Positions 1 to 11,087 are shown, counted from the stretch's first letter. The stretch: 64,000 bases of DNA from an uncultured Pseudomonadota bacterium (GCA_963847705.1 CAWKBC010000030.1:498691-562690); one strand, 5' to 3'. Program-made: numbers and translations. The notes: generated by a model from the sequence alone, not told the origin.

Positions 1-723
1 CGCCGCTGCCCGGCCTATTCGGGGTCGACGTTCATCCCGATGTCGAGCCTCCCGATCTCCATGCCGTCTCAGTGGGAGCGAAAGGTGTGGCCCCTGATCT
101 CGGCCGCCCGTTTCCAGGTTGCCGACGTGCTGCCGAAACAGGTCAACCGGTGCGTCTATCTGGACATCGATATCCTGGCGGGCGCCGACCTGGCCGAGCT
201 GTTCGACCTCGATCTCGCGGGCAATCCGCTGGGGATGGTGCGGGCCACCTACATCCCCGATCATGACAAGGCCTACCTCAGAACCATCGATCTGGATCCA
301 GATGTCTATTGCAACGCCGGGGTGCTGCTCATCGATCTGGAGGCCTGGCGGCGCGAAGGGGCCGGCAGCGGGCTCATCAGCACCGGACGTGCGATGCCAC
401 CGAACATCTGGTTCTTCGACCAGGACATGCTCAACACCTACTTCAAAGGTCGCTGCCTGCTGCTGGAGAGCCGGTGGAACTGTCAGGATGCGGGCGTCAC
501 CCCGCAGGGAAGGCTCCAGCATTTCGCCGGTTCGACCAAACCCTGGAAAATGCCACCCGCCGCGGCCACGCTGGTCGGCCATGTCGCCTGGCACGGCGCC
601 AAGCGGCGAAGTGGGTTCGAACCTTTGCAGGTGCCGACCTATCTCAGATTGAAAAAGCAGCTCCGCGTCCTGGCGGCCAAGGTCCAGCGCCGCCTCACCT
701 GGCCCGAGAGGCCTTCGAGCTAG
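1..723 (+). CDS. Glycosyltransferase family 8 (5'-truncated by window edge)
   Basis: YLDID (DxD), YCNAGVLLIDL, FFDQDMLN and HFAGSTKPW motifs; frame open from base 1. Confidence 0.85.
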   Translation, partial: RRCPAYSGSTFIPMSSLPISMPSQWERKVWPLISAARFQVADVLPKQVNRCVYLDIDILAGADLAELFDLDLAGNPLGMVRATYIPDHDKAYLRTIDLDPDVYCNAGVLLIDLEAWRREGAGSGLISTGRAMPPNIWFFDQDMLNTYFKGRCLLLESRWNCQDAGVTPQGRLQHFAGSTKPWKMPPAAATLVGHVAWHGAKRRSGFEPLQVPTYLRLKKQLRVLAAKVQRRLTWPERPSS

Positions 724-742
724 AACGCAAGAGGCGGCCGCC

Positions 743-1826
743 TCAGGTCCGCAGAGGCGGAAGCATTCGAATCGCCGGGGGGGAGCCCCCGACCGGGCGG
801 TGAAGCTCGACCCGTCCGCCGGCCGCGCGCCCCTGTTCGTAGGCGGCGGTCCGCAGGATCGCGCTGGCGCTGCGGGTCGTGCGGCGCGGGTACCTGCGCC
901 GGAGGTAGGCGTCGCGTTGGGCGTCGGCGTGGCGGACCAGACCCTGGCTCTGGCTGACCCGCTCGCCCGCGCGCAGCTTCTCGTCGAAGCCGCTCATCAC
1001 GCCCGCGCAGAAGCGCCGCCGGTCCATGTCGGAGCGGATGCCGAGCGCGCGTTTGTGCTCGCGCCAGAGCCGCTCCGCGGTGTCGGTCAGGAAGGCATGC
1101 ACGTACACGGCGACTTCCAGATTGGCCGGGGTCCCGCAGAGCTCCAGCACGTGGCCGCGCCGGCCCGACTCGGCGAGGTAGGACGGGATCCAGATGACGC
1201 TCACGAAGAAGTGGCGGCCGAGGATTCCGGCCAGGATGCGTTCGCTGGTTTCGGTGCGCGCTTTCACCGGGCCGACGTGCCGGTAACCGTAGCCGTCCGT
1301 GCTGGCCGTGGCGGCCGCGTCGACGTTGTGCAGGAGCATGAGCCGGCGCGCTTCGTTCATGGCCGCTTCCGCCTCGTGCAAGTTGGGGCTTTCGGCCAGC
1401 GCGAGGAGCCGCGTGATCCGGCGCAGGACAGGGTGCGGTCCGCCCTCCGGGCCCCCGGCGGGCATCCCGGCGGCCTTGGCGTCGATCCCATGCTCGCGAC
1501 AGACCCGCGCGAACGCCGGTCCGTGCGCCGTCTCGTCGTGGATCTGCAGCGCCTCGTCGACGTACTGGTGCGCGATCTCGTGCTTGAGCACCTCGCGGAC
1601 CAGCCCCCAGGGATGGCCGAAGACCAGCCCGCGGGCGAGCGAGATGGTCCGCTGCAGGCGATGCCAGCTCCCGAGGCGGTGCGGCCCGTCCGACAGCGCG
1701 AGGACGGGCGCGCGGAGGGCGCCGCGGAAGTGGGTCTCGGAGATCTCGCGCCAGGTCAGGGCCAGCTCGCGGAGCAGGGCGGCCTCCAGGAAGATCCGAT
1801 CGCGGGGCGAGCTGGCGCGCGGCACG
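743..1826 (-). CDS. SprT-like HExxH metalloprotease domain plus DUF2786 protein
   Basis: LKHEIAHQ...HGPAF (SprT-like); LLALAESPNLHEAEAAMNEARRLM (DUF2786-like); GTG start at 1826 chosen by eye. Confidence 0.75.
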
Positions 1827-1886
1827 CCTTTTCCTATACCCGATCCGGTGCTGGCTCCCCAGTCGTCTTCCGAGCGAGCGCCTCGC

Positions 1887-2255
1887 TCAGCGTCCGGGCT
1901 GGGCGAGGAGCCGCTCGACCTCGTCGGCGATCTCGCCGAGGGTGAGCGGGCGCTGAAGAAACTTGGCCCAGCCGCGCGGCCGCCGGCGCTCATCCTCTGC
2001 CTCCGTGGACCCACCGATCGCCACGACCGGGATCCCGGCGGAGAGAAGCCCAACGAGCTCTCCCTCTTTCAATTCCTGCCCGCGCAGGTCGACCACAGCC
2101 AGCGCAGGGCGCACAGCCGAGCGCGAGAGCCGCGACACAAGGTCGGTCACCCTGACGAAGCCCTCCGCGTCATACCCCCTCTCGAGCAGCTCGGCCCGGA
2201 GATAGGCGCGCGGCCAATGATCGGAATCCACGATCCAGACAGGCATCCGTGCCAT
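1887..2255 (-). CDS. Single-domain receiver (REC)-like protein
   Basis: WIVDSD...LAVVDL...PVVAIGG...[11 protein letters not shown] follows the CheY-like pattern; conserved Lys replaced by Arg. Confidence 0.55.
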   Translation of the reverse strand: MARMPVWIVDSDHWPRAYLRAELLERGYDAEGFVRVTDLVSRLSRSAVRPALAVVDLRGQELKEGELVGLLSAGIPVVAIGGSTEAEDERRRPRGWAKFLQRPLTLGEIADEVERLLAQPGR

Positions 2256-2368
2256 GGCTCAAAGGTGCGACGAATACGCGGCAGCGGCAGGTCCGGATCG
2301 CTCAGTTTGACGAAGGAATCGAACAGGCGGGGGAGGTGGTTGTTTGTCATGCTGAGGCAAGAGGTCAC

Positions 2369-2905
2369 ATGCTGAAGACGCGGTGGTGGTCGATGGTCCT
2401 TTTTGCAGCCGGCTGCGCGGGGCAAATGGCCAAGCCGGCGGCGACTTACGTCAAGCCGTCTGATTCGGAGCTGCGTCAGCGGCTGACGCCGATGCAGTAT
2501 GCGGTCACTCAGCAGGACGGGACCGAACCGCCCTACCACAACGAATACTGGGACAACCACGCAGCGGGGCTCTACGTGGACGTCGTCACCGGTCAGCCTC
2601 TCTTCCTGTCGGTCGACAAGTTCGATTCCCACACCGGTTGGCCGAGCTTCACGCGGCCGATCGCGCCAGGAAGCGTGGTCGAGCGTCCAGACTACAAGCT
2701 CGGGTACCTTCGGCGAGAGGTGCGCTCGACGAGCGGGGACTCGCACCTTGGACACATCTTCGAGGATGGTCCGAGGCCGACCGGTCTGCGCTACTGCATC
2801 AACTCGGCGGCGCTCCGGTTCATCCCTCTCGGCGATCTCGAAGCGCAGGGCTACGGCAGCTATCGCTCGCGATTCACCCAGGGGTTCAGCGACGTGCCGC
2901 GCTGA
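2369..2905 (+). CDS. msrB: Peptide-methionine (R)-S-oxide reductase, probable lipoprotein
   Basis: [36 protein letters not shown]; N-terminal LFAAGC lipobox; GAGG RBS. Confidence 0.92.
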   Translation: MLKTRWWSMVLFAAGCAGQMAKPAATYVKPSDSELRQRLTPMQYAVTQQDGTEPPYHNEYWDNHAAGLYVDVVTGQPLFLSVDKFDSHTGWPSFTRPIAPGSVVERPDYKLGYLRREVRSTSGDSHLGHIFEDGPRPTGLRYCINSAALRFIPLGDLEAQGYGSYRSRFTQGFSDVPR

Positions 2906-2938
2906 GCTGGCCAGCCCACCTGACCCACCGCGCCTGAT

Positions 2939-3694
2939 TCACCAGAGCGGCTTGATTCCGTTCTTCTCGACGATGACCGACGAGGCGGCCCATTTGCCGT
3001 TGGCCCCCGCGGAGACGATGGCGAACACGGCGAGTCCGGGCTTGGCGTCGGCGAGCTTGGCGGGAACGATGGCCACGATGGGCGTCGAGGGTGGAACGAC
3101 CACGGTCGCCACGCCGCTGCAGGGCTTGCCGCCGGCCTTTGCCGCGTGGCCGACGCACTTGCCCCGCACGATCGCCGAGCCTTGGTAGGAGACGGTCAGC
3201 TGGCCGCCGGTCGACGCTGTCACGCTGGCGTTGGTCATGGTGTACGCCGCCGCCGCGTCGTGGGCGACGGCGACGGTACCGCTGGTGAGGCTGCTCGCCG
3301 CGGCGGGCGCGACCCCCTCGGGTTGATGGTCCCACGGGTAAGAGCCCTCGGCGAGGCCCTTCCAAGGAATGATGTGAATCTCTCGAGCCATCAGCAGGCC
3401 GGCCGGTCCAGGTACGGTGGTCACCCCCACGAAGTCGGTGTCCCTGATCTGGTCGAAGCGCCGGGATTCGACCGTGGCGAAGGGGACCGTGGGCGCGATC
3501 GACGCCGTGACGATGGTGCCGTCCGGCCGGCCGATCGAGATCGACTTCGAATCGATGCTCGCGATCTTGCCGCGGACCACCGAGGGCGCCGGAAGGTCGG
3601 AGGCAAGCGCCAGGGCCGCTGCGAGCACGAACCCACCAACGACGGTGAGCGAAAGCAGGGGCGTGTACAGCCGTTTGACGGAGGGAACCGCCAC
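2939..3694 (-). CDS. Secreted hypothetical protein
   Basis: Hydrophobic N-terminal signal, beta-rich body, high GC3; start uncertain. Confidence 0.65.
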   Translation of the reverse strand: MAVPSVKRLYTPLLSLTVVGGFVLAAALALASDLPAPSVVRGKIASIDSKSISIGRPDGTIVTASIAPTVPFATVESRRFDQIRDTDFVGVTTVPGPAGLLMAREIHIIPWKGLAEGSYPWDHQPEGVAPAAASSLTSGTVAVAHDAAAAYTMTNASVTASTGGQLTVSYQGSAIVRGKCVGHAAKAGGKPCSGVATVVVPPSTPIVAIVPAKLADAKPGLAVFAIVSAGANGKWAASSVIVEKNGIKPLW

Positions 3695-3985
3695 TGTCGC
3701 GGCAAGGTCGTCTGGCAGAATTCTGTGACCCCAGATGCCCACGCCGGAGTCTACCGTACCCTTCGGAGAACGGCGGCGAGTTCGTCATCGGCGAGACTAC
3801 CGATTGCGGATTCACCTTCCACGACTGGTGCGAGGAGGGGGGTGCAAAAGAGCTGCTTCGAGGACGGCACGCCTGCGTACGAGTTCGAGGTGGACGGCTC
3901 GCGCAAGATCGAGCACTGAGCCGCCGGCCGCAAACCGCGCTGATGGGCCCTACGAAACGGCGTGAGATTTCGTTAGTCTGTGCCC

Positions 3986-5425
3986 ATGGCCCACGGGAGT
4001 GAGCGGGTGATCGACGTCCACGCCAAGGCGCTGCGGATCAACCTCGACAAGCGGCGCTACGGCACCTTCGCCGAGATCGGGGCCGGGCAGGAGGTCGTCC
4101 GCTGGTTCTTCCGCGTCGGCGGCGCCGCCGGCACCGTCGCCAAGAGCATGTCGGCCTACGACATGACGGTGAGCGACGCCATCTACGGCAAGGCGGAGCG
4201 CTACGTCTGTCGGCCGCGCCTCGAGGCGATGCTCGAGCACGAGCACCGGTTGAACCTGGACCGCCTCTCGGAGAGCCGCGGCGAGACCACCGCCTTCTTC
4301 GCCTTCGCCGACACGGTGTCGGCCCGCAACTACCGCGGCACCAACGAGTGCCACGGCTGGATGGGGGTCCGCTTCCAGTCGCGGCCGCACGATCGCGACA
4401 GCCAGATCGTCATCCACGTCCGCATGCTCGACGGGGAGAACGCGCTCCAACAGGAGGCGCTGGGGATCGTGGGGGTCAACCTCCTCTACGGCGCGTTCTA
4501 TCACGATGAAGATCCCGAGCTCCTCATCGAATCGCTGCTGGACGGTCTCACCACCCAGCGCATCGCCATCGACATGATCGAGCTGTCCGGGATCGCCTTC
4601 CGCGAGGTCGACAACCGCCTCATGAGCATGAAGCTGGTCCAGCTGGGGCTCTCGGGCGCGGCGATGTTCGATCCCAGCGGCGCGGTGCTGCAACCGTCGG
4701 AGGTCCTCTACAAGAAGAACGTACTGGTCGAGCGGGGGAGCTTTCGCCCCGTCTGTCACGTCAACATGGACATGCTGCGCAGCGCCCGTGAGAACTTCGA
4801 GCGCGATCTGGGGCTGCCGGCTGCCTCCGGCGACGTCGTCGAGCTGATGGAGCTGACCATGCGCAACCTCCGCGAGGAGGGGGGCGAGGTCGATCGGGCG
4901 GACTTTCTGGCGCGCGCCGACATGCTGGCCGCCTCGGGCAAGACGGTGCTGATCTCCGACTACTTCGAGTACTACCGCCTGGCCGCCTATCTCTCGCACT
5001 ACAGCAACCAGCGGGTCGCCATCACCATGGGGGCGTCGAGCCTGCGTGACCTCTTCGACGAGAAGTACTACGGCGCGCTGGAGGGGGGAATTCTCGAGTC
5101 GTTCGGCCGCCTGTTCAAGAACGAGCTGCGCCTCTACATCTACCCCCTGCTCGATCAGGCGACCGGCAAGCTCGTCACCGTCGACAACCTCGAGGTGGCG
5201 CCGCACCTGCACAAGCTCTACGGCTACCTGGTCGACAGCGGCTCCATCAAACAGCTGGAGAACGTCAACCGGGACTACCTGCACATCTTCTCGCGAGACG
5301 CCCTGCGGAAGATCCGCGCCGGGGACCTCAGCTGGGAGGCGATGGTGCCGCCCCAGGTCGCCGAGGTGATCAAGACCCGCCGCTTTCTCGGCTATCTCCC
5401 GCCCAAGGCGCCGCCGCTCGAATAG
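3986..5425 (+). CDS. Conserved protein with NadD-like nucleotidyltransferase C-terminal domain
   Basis: YGTFAEIGAGQEV, KSMSAYDM and ERGSFRPV motifs; long high-GC3 ORF. Confidence 0.7.
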   Translation: MAHGSERVIDVHAKALRINLDKRRYGTFAEIGAGQEVVRWFFRVGGAAGTVAKSMSAYDMTVSDAIYGKAERYVCRPRLEAMLEHEHRLNLDRLSESRGETTAFFAFADTVSARNYRGTNECHGWMGVRFQSRPHDRDSQIVIHVRMLDGENALQQEALGIVGVNLLYGAFYHDEDPELLIESLLDGLTTQRIAIDMIELSGIAFREVDNRLMSMKLVQLGLSGAAMFDPSGAVLQPSEVLYKKNVLVERGSFRPVCHVNMDMLRSARENFERDLGLPAASGDVVELMELTMRNLREEGGEVDRADFLARADMLAASGKTVLISDYFEYYRLAAYLSHYSNQRVAITMGASSLRDLFDEKYYGALEGGILESFGRLFKNELRLYIYPLLDQATGKLVTVDNLEVAPHLHKLYGYLVDSGSIKQLENVNRDYLHIFSRDALRKIRAGDLSWEAMVPPQVAEVIKTRRFLGYLPPKAPPLE

Positions 5426-5485
5426 GCGTGCACTCCCGTGCTGGGAGCGCCGACGTGCGATAGCCTCACCGCCCAGGGAACGCGC

Positions 5486-5749
5486 ATGGACTCGTCACCG
5501 TCGAGCGGAACACCAATCACCGCACCCCTCGCGCTGGTGCTGGAGCTGCTCTCGTGGGTGGCGGCGCGACCGCGCAGCTACGGTGAGACGATGGAGGCCT
5601 GGCGGACCTCGTGCCCCCGGATGCCTGTCTGGGAGGACGCCACCGCGAACGGCCTGGTGACCGTGGTGCCGGGCGAGGGCGGCATGCGCGACAATGCTGT
5701 CTGTCTGACCGCGGAGGGCCGCTCTTTTCTCGAGGGCCATGGGCGATGA
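5486..5749 (+). CDS. Small conserved hypothetical protein
   Basis: [24 protein letters not shown] motif; stop overlaps next ATG (ATGA). Confidence 0.65.
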   Translation: MDSSPSSGTPITAPLALVLELLSWVAARPRSYGETMEAWRTSCPRMPVWEDATANGLVTVVPGEGGMRDNAVCLTAEGRSFLEGHGR

Positions 5750-6744
5750 GGGTCACGATCCTCGACGATTACTTCGACACCCTCCGCACCCTGCGGTGCT
5801 TCGAAAAACTGGCGCCGTTCGAGGTCACCGTCTTCAACGACCATCTCGAGGAGGTCGACGCGCTGGCGGAGCGCCTGAAGGACACGGAGGCGCTCATCCT
5901 CATTCGCGAGCGCACCAGGATCAGTGCCCCCCTGCTCTCGCGCCTGCCGCGTCTGCGGCTGATCAGCCAACGGAGCGTCTATCCTCACATCGACATCGAG
6001 GCCTGCTCAAGGCTCGGGGTGATCGTCTCGTCCAGCCTGCACGAAGGGACTCCGTCGTACGCGGCCGCCGAGTTGACGTGGGGGCTCGTTCTTGCGGCCA
6101 TGCGCCAGATTCCTCAGCAAGCCGCCGCACTCCGCGGCGGCCGCTGGCAGATCGGCGTCGGGCACTCGCTGCGGGGCAAGACCCTCGGCGTTTACGGCTA
6201 CGGTCGCATCGGAAGAGTCGTCGCCGGCTACGGCAGCGCCTTCGGAATGAACGTTCGGGTGTGGGCACGCGAAGCGTCGCGGACGCGCGCGAGGATGGAG
6301 GGCTATACGGTTTCGGAGAGCAAGGAGGCCTTCTTCGAGGAGTCGGACGTGCTTTCGCTCCACATGCGGCTCGTCGAGGCGACACGGGGCATCGTCAGCG
6401 CGGCCGATCTCGCGCGCATGCAGCCGAGCGCGCTTCTCGTCAACACCAGCCGAGCCGGCCTGATCGAGGCGGGTGCGTTGTTGCCCGCGCTGCAGGCCGG
6501 CCGCCCGGGCATGGCCGCCCTGGATGTCTACGAGCAGGAGCCTCTGCGCGATCCCGCTCATCCACTGCTCGCGATGGAGAACGTCATCTGCACGCCGCAC
6601 ATCGGCTACGTCACGCAGGACGAATACGAGATCCAGTTCAGCGACATCTTCGACCAGATCGTCGCCTATGCCTCCGGCTCGCCCATCAACGTGGTCAACC
6701 CCGAGGCGCTGGTGGTCGGTGCATCGTCCCTTCGCTCGATTTGA
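5746..6744 (+). CDS. D-2-hydroxyacid dehydrogenase family protein
   Basis: [35 protein letters not shown]. Confidence 0.92.
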   Translation: MRVTILDDYFDTLRTLRCFEKLAPFEVTVFNDHLEEVDALAERLKDTEALILIRERTRISAPLLSRLPRLRLISQRSVYPHIDIEACSRLGVIVSSSLHEGTPSYAAAELTWGLVLAAMRQIPQQAAALRGGRWQIGVGHSLRGKTLGVYGYGRIGRVVAGYGSAFGMNVRVWAREASRTRARMEGYTVSESKEAFFEESDVLSLHMRLVEATRGIVSAADLARMQPSALLVNTSRAGLIEAGALLPALQAGRPGMAALDVYEQEPLRDPAHPLLAMENVICTPHIGYVTQDEYEIQFSDIFDQIVAYASGSPINVVNPEALVVGASSLRSI

Positions 6745-6991
6745 ATCCGAGAGCTCATTCTCTTCAAACGCTGGTCGTTTGCCCGCGTCGGATCCGGCTT
6801 GACGCCGAGCGGTGGACCGGAATTGTGAAGGGGATGTCGCGGAGCCGTTGCCCCTGCCCGGCGCCGTCCGTGCGAGTGTCCATTCGGCCCGTGAGACATA
6901 GGAAGGGGATGGGCGTGATGGGGGAGTCGAGGGTTGAGGGAGAGCGGTGCCCGGCCATCGGGCCAGTCGGGCACCGCTCGGACAAGGCACA

Positions 6992-7522
6992 ATGATCAAG
7001 AAGCTCGTTCTCCACTTTCCCGACGGCAGCGTGCGCACGTTCGATTCGGCGACCCATCAGATCAGGGTCACCGACACCAAGGTCATCGTGAAGAGCGAAA
7101 GCGGCGAAGAGGAAGAGTTTGCCGGCACGCCGGTCGCGGTTCCGCACCGCCTGGCGTTCGAGCGGCCAGCCGAACCCGCCGTCGCCGCGCTGGTGGCGCG
7201 GATGCCGCAGCACCAGCGATCACCGCTCCGCCTCTACCTGTCCGCTGAGGCAGAGCTGATGCATTCGACCTCCGGCGGACGCCCGCCCGCGCTGGGCTTG
7301 TCCGAGCTGCTCGAGGCGCCGCACCGGGGTCGTTGGGCGGCTCGCCATGTGGGGGGCCGCGCCGGCCGGCGGCGGGCATTAGGTTTCGTGGGGGAAGGAA
7401 GGTGCGAAGATGTGGACTCGCAAGATGAAGGGCGTGGCGATGGCCGCGACGGTGGTGTGGGCGACGCTCGGGCTGGTGCGGATGGGCTACGCGACGACGA
7501 ACGACGCTCAGCTGGTCAGTGA
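6992..7522 (+). CDS. Possible small hypothetical protein (3' part doubtful)
   Basis: First ~50 codons have coding-like usage (MIKKLVLHFPDGSVRTFD); the rest looks non-coding and overlaps the next gene. Confidence 0.3.
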   Translation: MIKKLVLHFPDGSVRTFDSATHQIRVTDTKVIVKSESGEEEEFAGTPVAVPHRLAFERPAEPAVAALVARMPQHQRSPLRLYLSAEAELMHSTSGGRPPALGLSELLEAPHRGRWAARHVGGRAGRRRALGFVGEGRCEDVDSQDEGRGDGRDGGVGDARAGADGLRDDERRSAGQ

Positions 7523-7967
7523 CGCTCGGCAGACGATCGGCCTCTACAAGAAGGCCGATCCGAGCATCGATGCCTTCTTCAGGCGCTCGGTCGGGTACGT
7601 CGTGTTCCCCGGAATCGGGAAAGGCGGCCTCGGCATCGGTGGCGCGCACGGCACGGGCGTGCTGTTCGAGAACGGCGCCCCGGTCGGGAAGGTCACGATG
7701 AATCAGGTCACCATCGGGGCCCAGGCCGGCGGCCAGGAATTCTCGCAGATCATCTTCTACGAGGTCCCCGGTCCGCTGCACGAGCTGAAGGGGGGCCACG
7801 CCTCGTTCTCGGCCGGGGTCAGCGCGGTCGCCTTGAGCTCGGGAGCTGCCTCGAGCGCGCGGTTCAACAACGGTATCGCCGTGTTCACCGCCACCAAGGG
7901 CGGCCTCATGCTCGAGGCGAGCGTCGGCGGTCAGAAGTTCAGCTACGAACCGTTCCCGGCGCTCTGA
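7410..7967 (+). CDS. Ysc84/SYLF-domain secreted lipid-binding protein
   Basis: VFPGIGKGGLGIGGAHGTG, GAQAGGQ, KGGLMLEASVGGQKFSY. Confidence 0.85.
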   Translation: MWTRKMKGVAMAATVVWATLGLVRMGYATTNDAQLVSDARQTIGLYKKADPSIDAFFRRSVGYVVFPGIGKGGLGIGGAHGTGVLFENGAPVGKVTMNQVTIGAQAGGQEFSQIIFYEVPGPLHELKGGHASFSAGVSAVALSSGAASSARFNNGIAVFTATKGGLMLEASVGGQKFSYEPFPAL

Positions 7968-7987
7968 GCCGCGGGCACGCTTGCCAG

Positions 7988-9406
7988 CTAGAGGTCAGCG
8001 GTCGTGAAGGTGACCGTTGCCCCTGCTGGCAACGTCGCGACGAAGGCCCCCTGACCGGTCCAGTCGACGGAGAACCGCGCCGGCACGCCACCCGGGTTGA
8101 ACACCACCAGCGTGTCTGTCTCATCCGGGTTGCGGAAGGCCTGCGCCACGACGCCATTGCCGTCCGAGCTGGCCACACGCGTCGCTCCCGGGACGACGAA
8201 CTTCGAGAACTGACCCAGCTCATAGTAGTTGAGGGTCAGCTGGACCTGCCCGGTCGTCGTATCGATCGTCGCCAGACCGCTGCAGCCGACGCACCCTTCG
8301 CCCATCTTGGGGCCCCCGTCCTGATCCAGCGCCAGGTTCCAGAGGACCACCCCGCTGGCCCAGTTCGCCGTGCTGGAGAGGATCTGCTGGGTGGCGTCGC
8401 CCGCGATGCCCGTCGGTCCCGTCGAGCACTCGGTCATGTAAACGGGCCGGCCCGGCTGATCCGTGTGAATCAACGTCATCTCGTCCAGCCCCTGGTAGCA
8501 ATGCCAGGCGGTGCCATAGAGCTCGTCGCCCGCACCCCCGTAGAGGGCCGTCGCGAAGTCGCGCGAGGCGCCGATGTCGTCGCCGCCCAGGATCTTCACG
8601 TTCGACAGCCCGGCGGCGCTCAACGCTGGAGCCAGGTCGACCGCGATCAGCTGGGCCTCGTCCGCGGCGGGGAGCAGCATCCCTGAGTACGAGGATGGCG
8701 CGAACGACGGCTCGTTCTGCGGTGTGATGGCCCAGACCGGGACGCCCTTGGCCTGGTAGTCCTGCAGGAAACGCACGAAATACTGCGCCAGCGCGCTGTG
8801 GGCGTCGTCGCGCAGGGCGCCGTCTCCGCCGCCCAACATGCTCCCGTTGGTCTTCATCCAGGCGGGCGGGCTCCAGGGATTCGCGAACAGCTTCATCTGC
8901 GGGTTGATCGCCTGCGCCTGCAGGATCAGCGGGACGACGTTGGCATCATCATGCGCCGTGCTGAACCCGGACAGCGTCGGGTCCGGATCGCCCTCGGCGT
9001 CGCCGTCATCGTAAGAATAGGTGCAGCCGCAGGCGGTGAAGTCGGAAGAGGCCATCGGGACGCGCATGAAGGAGAGGCCGATGCCCGAAGGCCGCGAGAA
9101 CAGCTCTGCCATCAAGTCGTCGCGCTCGGCCTCCGCCAGAGCGCCCCAGATCAAGGAGGCCGAGCTGTCGGTGAACGCCGCGCCGAAGCCGTCGATGCTC
9201 TGGAGCGTGACGGTGTCGTCGAAGGTGACGTCCGCTGGTCCGCCCCCGGCGGGCGTGACGTCGGCCTGGCGCGAGAGCGCGTGGCCCAGGTCCGGTGTGG
9301 TCAGCCAGACGTGAACCGCGGGGCCCGGGCGAACGATCTCGCTTCCGCAGGAAGCCAGGACCACCGTGGCGAGGAAGGTGAAGAGTGCGTGAGACAGGCG
9401 GCGCAT
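7988..9406 (-). CDS. Glycoside hydrolase family 30 lipoprotein
   Basis: GFGAAFTDSS, RVPMASSDF, PWSPPAWMKTN, QNEP acid/base, MTE nucleophile; LASC lipobox. Confidence 0.9.
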   Translation of the reverse strand: MRRLSHALFTFLATVVLASCGSEIVRPGPAVHVWLTTPDLGHALSRQADVTPAGGGPADVTFDDTVTLQSIDGFGAAFTDSSASLIWGALAEAERDDLMAELFSRPSGIGLSFMRVPMASSDFTACGCTYSYDDGDAEGDPDPTLSGFSTAHDDANVVPLILQAQAINPQMKLFANPWSPPAWMKTNGSMLGGGDGALRDDAHSALAQYFVRFLQDYQAKGVPVWAITPQNEPSFAPSSYSGMLLPAADEAQLIAVDLAPALSAAGLSNVKILGGDDIGASRDFATALYGGAGDELYGTAWHCYQGLDEMTLIHTDQPGRPVYMTECSTGPTGIAGDATQQILSSTANWASGVVLWNLALDQDGGPKMGEGCVGCSGLATIDTTTGQVQLTLNYYELGQFSKFVVPGATRVASSDGNGVVAQAFRNPDETDTLVVFNPGGVPARFSVDWTGQGAFVATLPAGATVTFTTADL

Positions 9407-9554
9407 GGCGGTCGTCGACAGGGGACGATGCCGCGGCGAGCTTGACCTTGTCCAGCGGCCGCGCGGCCACGATCGAAGACGGCGGGTGAGCGCGGGGGCC
9501 GTCGCGGCGCCCGTGGCCCGCGTGAGGGCGGCTGGTGGGTCGGTCCCGTCGAGC

Positions 9555-10934
9555 TCAGGCCGGCTTCAGGTCTCCCAGCAGGGTCGGGATCAGCTCCGAG
9601 ACCGTGGGGTGGATGGGGACAGCGCGCATGTAGGCGTCGATCGTGGCGCGCGCGTTCATCATGTCGATCACGCCATGGATCGCCTCGTCGCCGCCGACGC
9701 CCAGGATCGACGCGCCGAGGATCTGACGTGTCGCCGCGTCGGCGATGACCTTCATGAACCCCTGGGTCTCGCCCTTCTCGACGGCGCGCCCGACGCGCGT
9801 CATGGGACGGCTGCCCACGAGCAGCGGCCGCCCACTCGCGCGCGCCGCGGTTTCGGTCATTCCCACCCGCCCGAGCGGCGGGTCGATATAGAGAGCATAG
9901 GCGGGGATGCGGTCGCTCACGCGCCGGCTGGCGCCGTCCAGCAGGTTGGCTGCCACGATCTCGAAGTCGTTGTACGAGGTGTGGGTGAAGGCTCCGCGCC
10001 CGTTGCAGTCGCCCAGCGCCCAGATGCCGGGCATGTTCGTGGCCAGCCCGTCGTCGACGGTGATGAACCCGCGCGCATTGGTGGCGACGCCTGCGCGCTC
10101 GAGGCCCAGATCGTCCGTGTTGGGGCGCCGCCCCACGGCCAGCAACAGATGCGAGCCCACCACCGCGGGCTCCCCCTCCGTGCAGACGAGGCGGACGACC
10201 ACGCCATCCCTGTGCGGCCCGAAGCCGACGCACCTGGCGTTGGTCCGCACCGCGATCCCTTCGCCCCGCAAGATCTCCTCGATGGCGGTCGAGACGTCCG
10301 CGTCCTCCCGGGCGATCAGGTGCGGTTGCATCTCGACCACGGTGACCGCGGCCCCCAGGCGCCGGAACACCTGCGCGAACTCGAGCCCGACGTACGAGCC
10401 GCCCACCACCACCAGATGTTCGGGCACCCGCTCGAGCACCAGGATCGAGCTGTTGTCGAGATGCGGGACCTCGCCCACGCCCGGCATGTTCGGCACCGAG
10501 GCGCGTCCCCCCACATTGATGAAGACGCGCGGCGCCGACAGCAGGCCGTCCCCCACGCGCACCTGCGTGGGGGATTCGAAGGTGGCCTGCCCGCGCAGCA
10601 CCGTGCAGCCCCGCATCCCGCGCAACCAGTCTTCGAGGCGGCCACGCTCGGCGGCCACGACGGCCTGGGCGCGCGCCTTGACGCGTGCCATGTCCACGGT
10701 GACGGCGCCGTCGATGACCACGCCGTAGTCCCGGGCGCGACGCGCCAGATGCGCGGCCTGGGCGCTGGCGACCAGCGTCTTCGTGGGCGTGCAGCCGGTG
10801 TTGACGCAGGTGCCCCCGAACTGCGCCCGCTCGACCAGCGCCACCTTCATGCCGGCGCCCGTGAGCCGGTCGGCCAGCGGCGGCCCGGCCTGCCCCGCCC
10901 CGATGACGATCGCGTCGAAAACAGATCCGTTCAT
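9555..10934 (-). CDS. FAD-dependent pyridine nucleotide-disulfide oxidoreductase
   Basis: GAGQAG, GGTCVNTGCTP redox disulfide, IHPTVSE; no C-terminal Cys-Cys. Confidence 0.9.
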   Translation of the reverse strand: MNGSVFDAIVIGAGQAGPPLADRLTGAGMKVALVERAQFGGTCVNTGCTPTKTLVASAQAAHLARRARDYGVVIDGAVTVDMARVKARAQAVVAAERGRLEDWLRGMRGCTVLRGQATFESPTQVRVGDGLLSAPRVFINVGGRASVPNMPGVGEVPHLDNSSILVLERVPEHLVVVGGSYVGLEFAQVFRRLGAAVTVVEMQPHLIAREDADVSTAIEEILRGEGIAVRTNARCVGFGPHRDGVVVRLVCTEGEPAVVGSHLLLAVGRRPNTDDLGLERAGVATNARGFITVDDGLATNMPGIWALGDCNGRGAFTHTSYNDFEIVAANLLDGASRRVSDRIPAYALYIDPPLGRVGMTETAARASGRPLLVGSRPMTRVGRAVEKGETQGFMKVIADAATRQILGASILGVGGDEAIHGVIDMMNARATIDAYMRAVPIHPTVSELIPTLLGDLKPA

Positions 10935-11087
10935 GTGATGCGCTCCGGTTCGCTCACCTGCGTCGCGATGAACGATGTCCACGCGCCGGAGGTCCGCAAG
11001 CGGCTCGCTGCCCACCGTGGATCCTGGAAGGGGTCCCCCGACCTTGACGCACTTCGATCACTGCCCAGATTCGGATCCTCGCGACGC

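Noticed and set aside
9555-10934. Mercuric reductase MerA
   Set aside because: Has the redox CxxxxC but lacks the C-terminal Cys-Cys pair and any mer neighbours
9405-11087. 796-aa ORF suggesting a long N-terminal fusion to the SDR
   Set aside because: The upstream part is the antisense shadow of the oxidoreductase; the real start is ATG 11088
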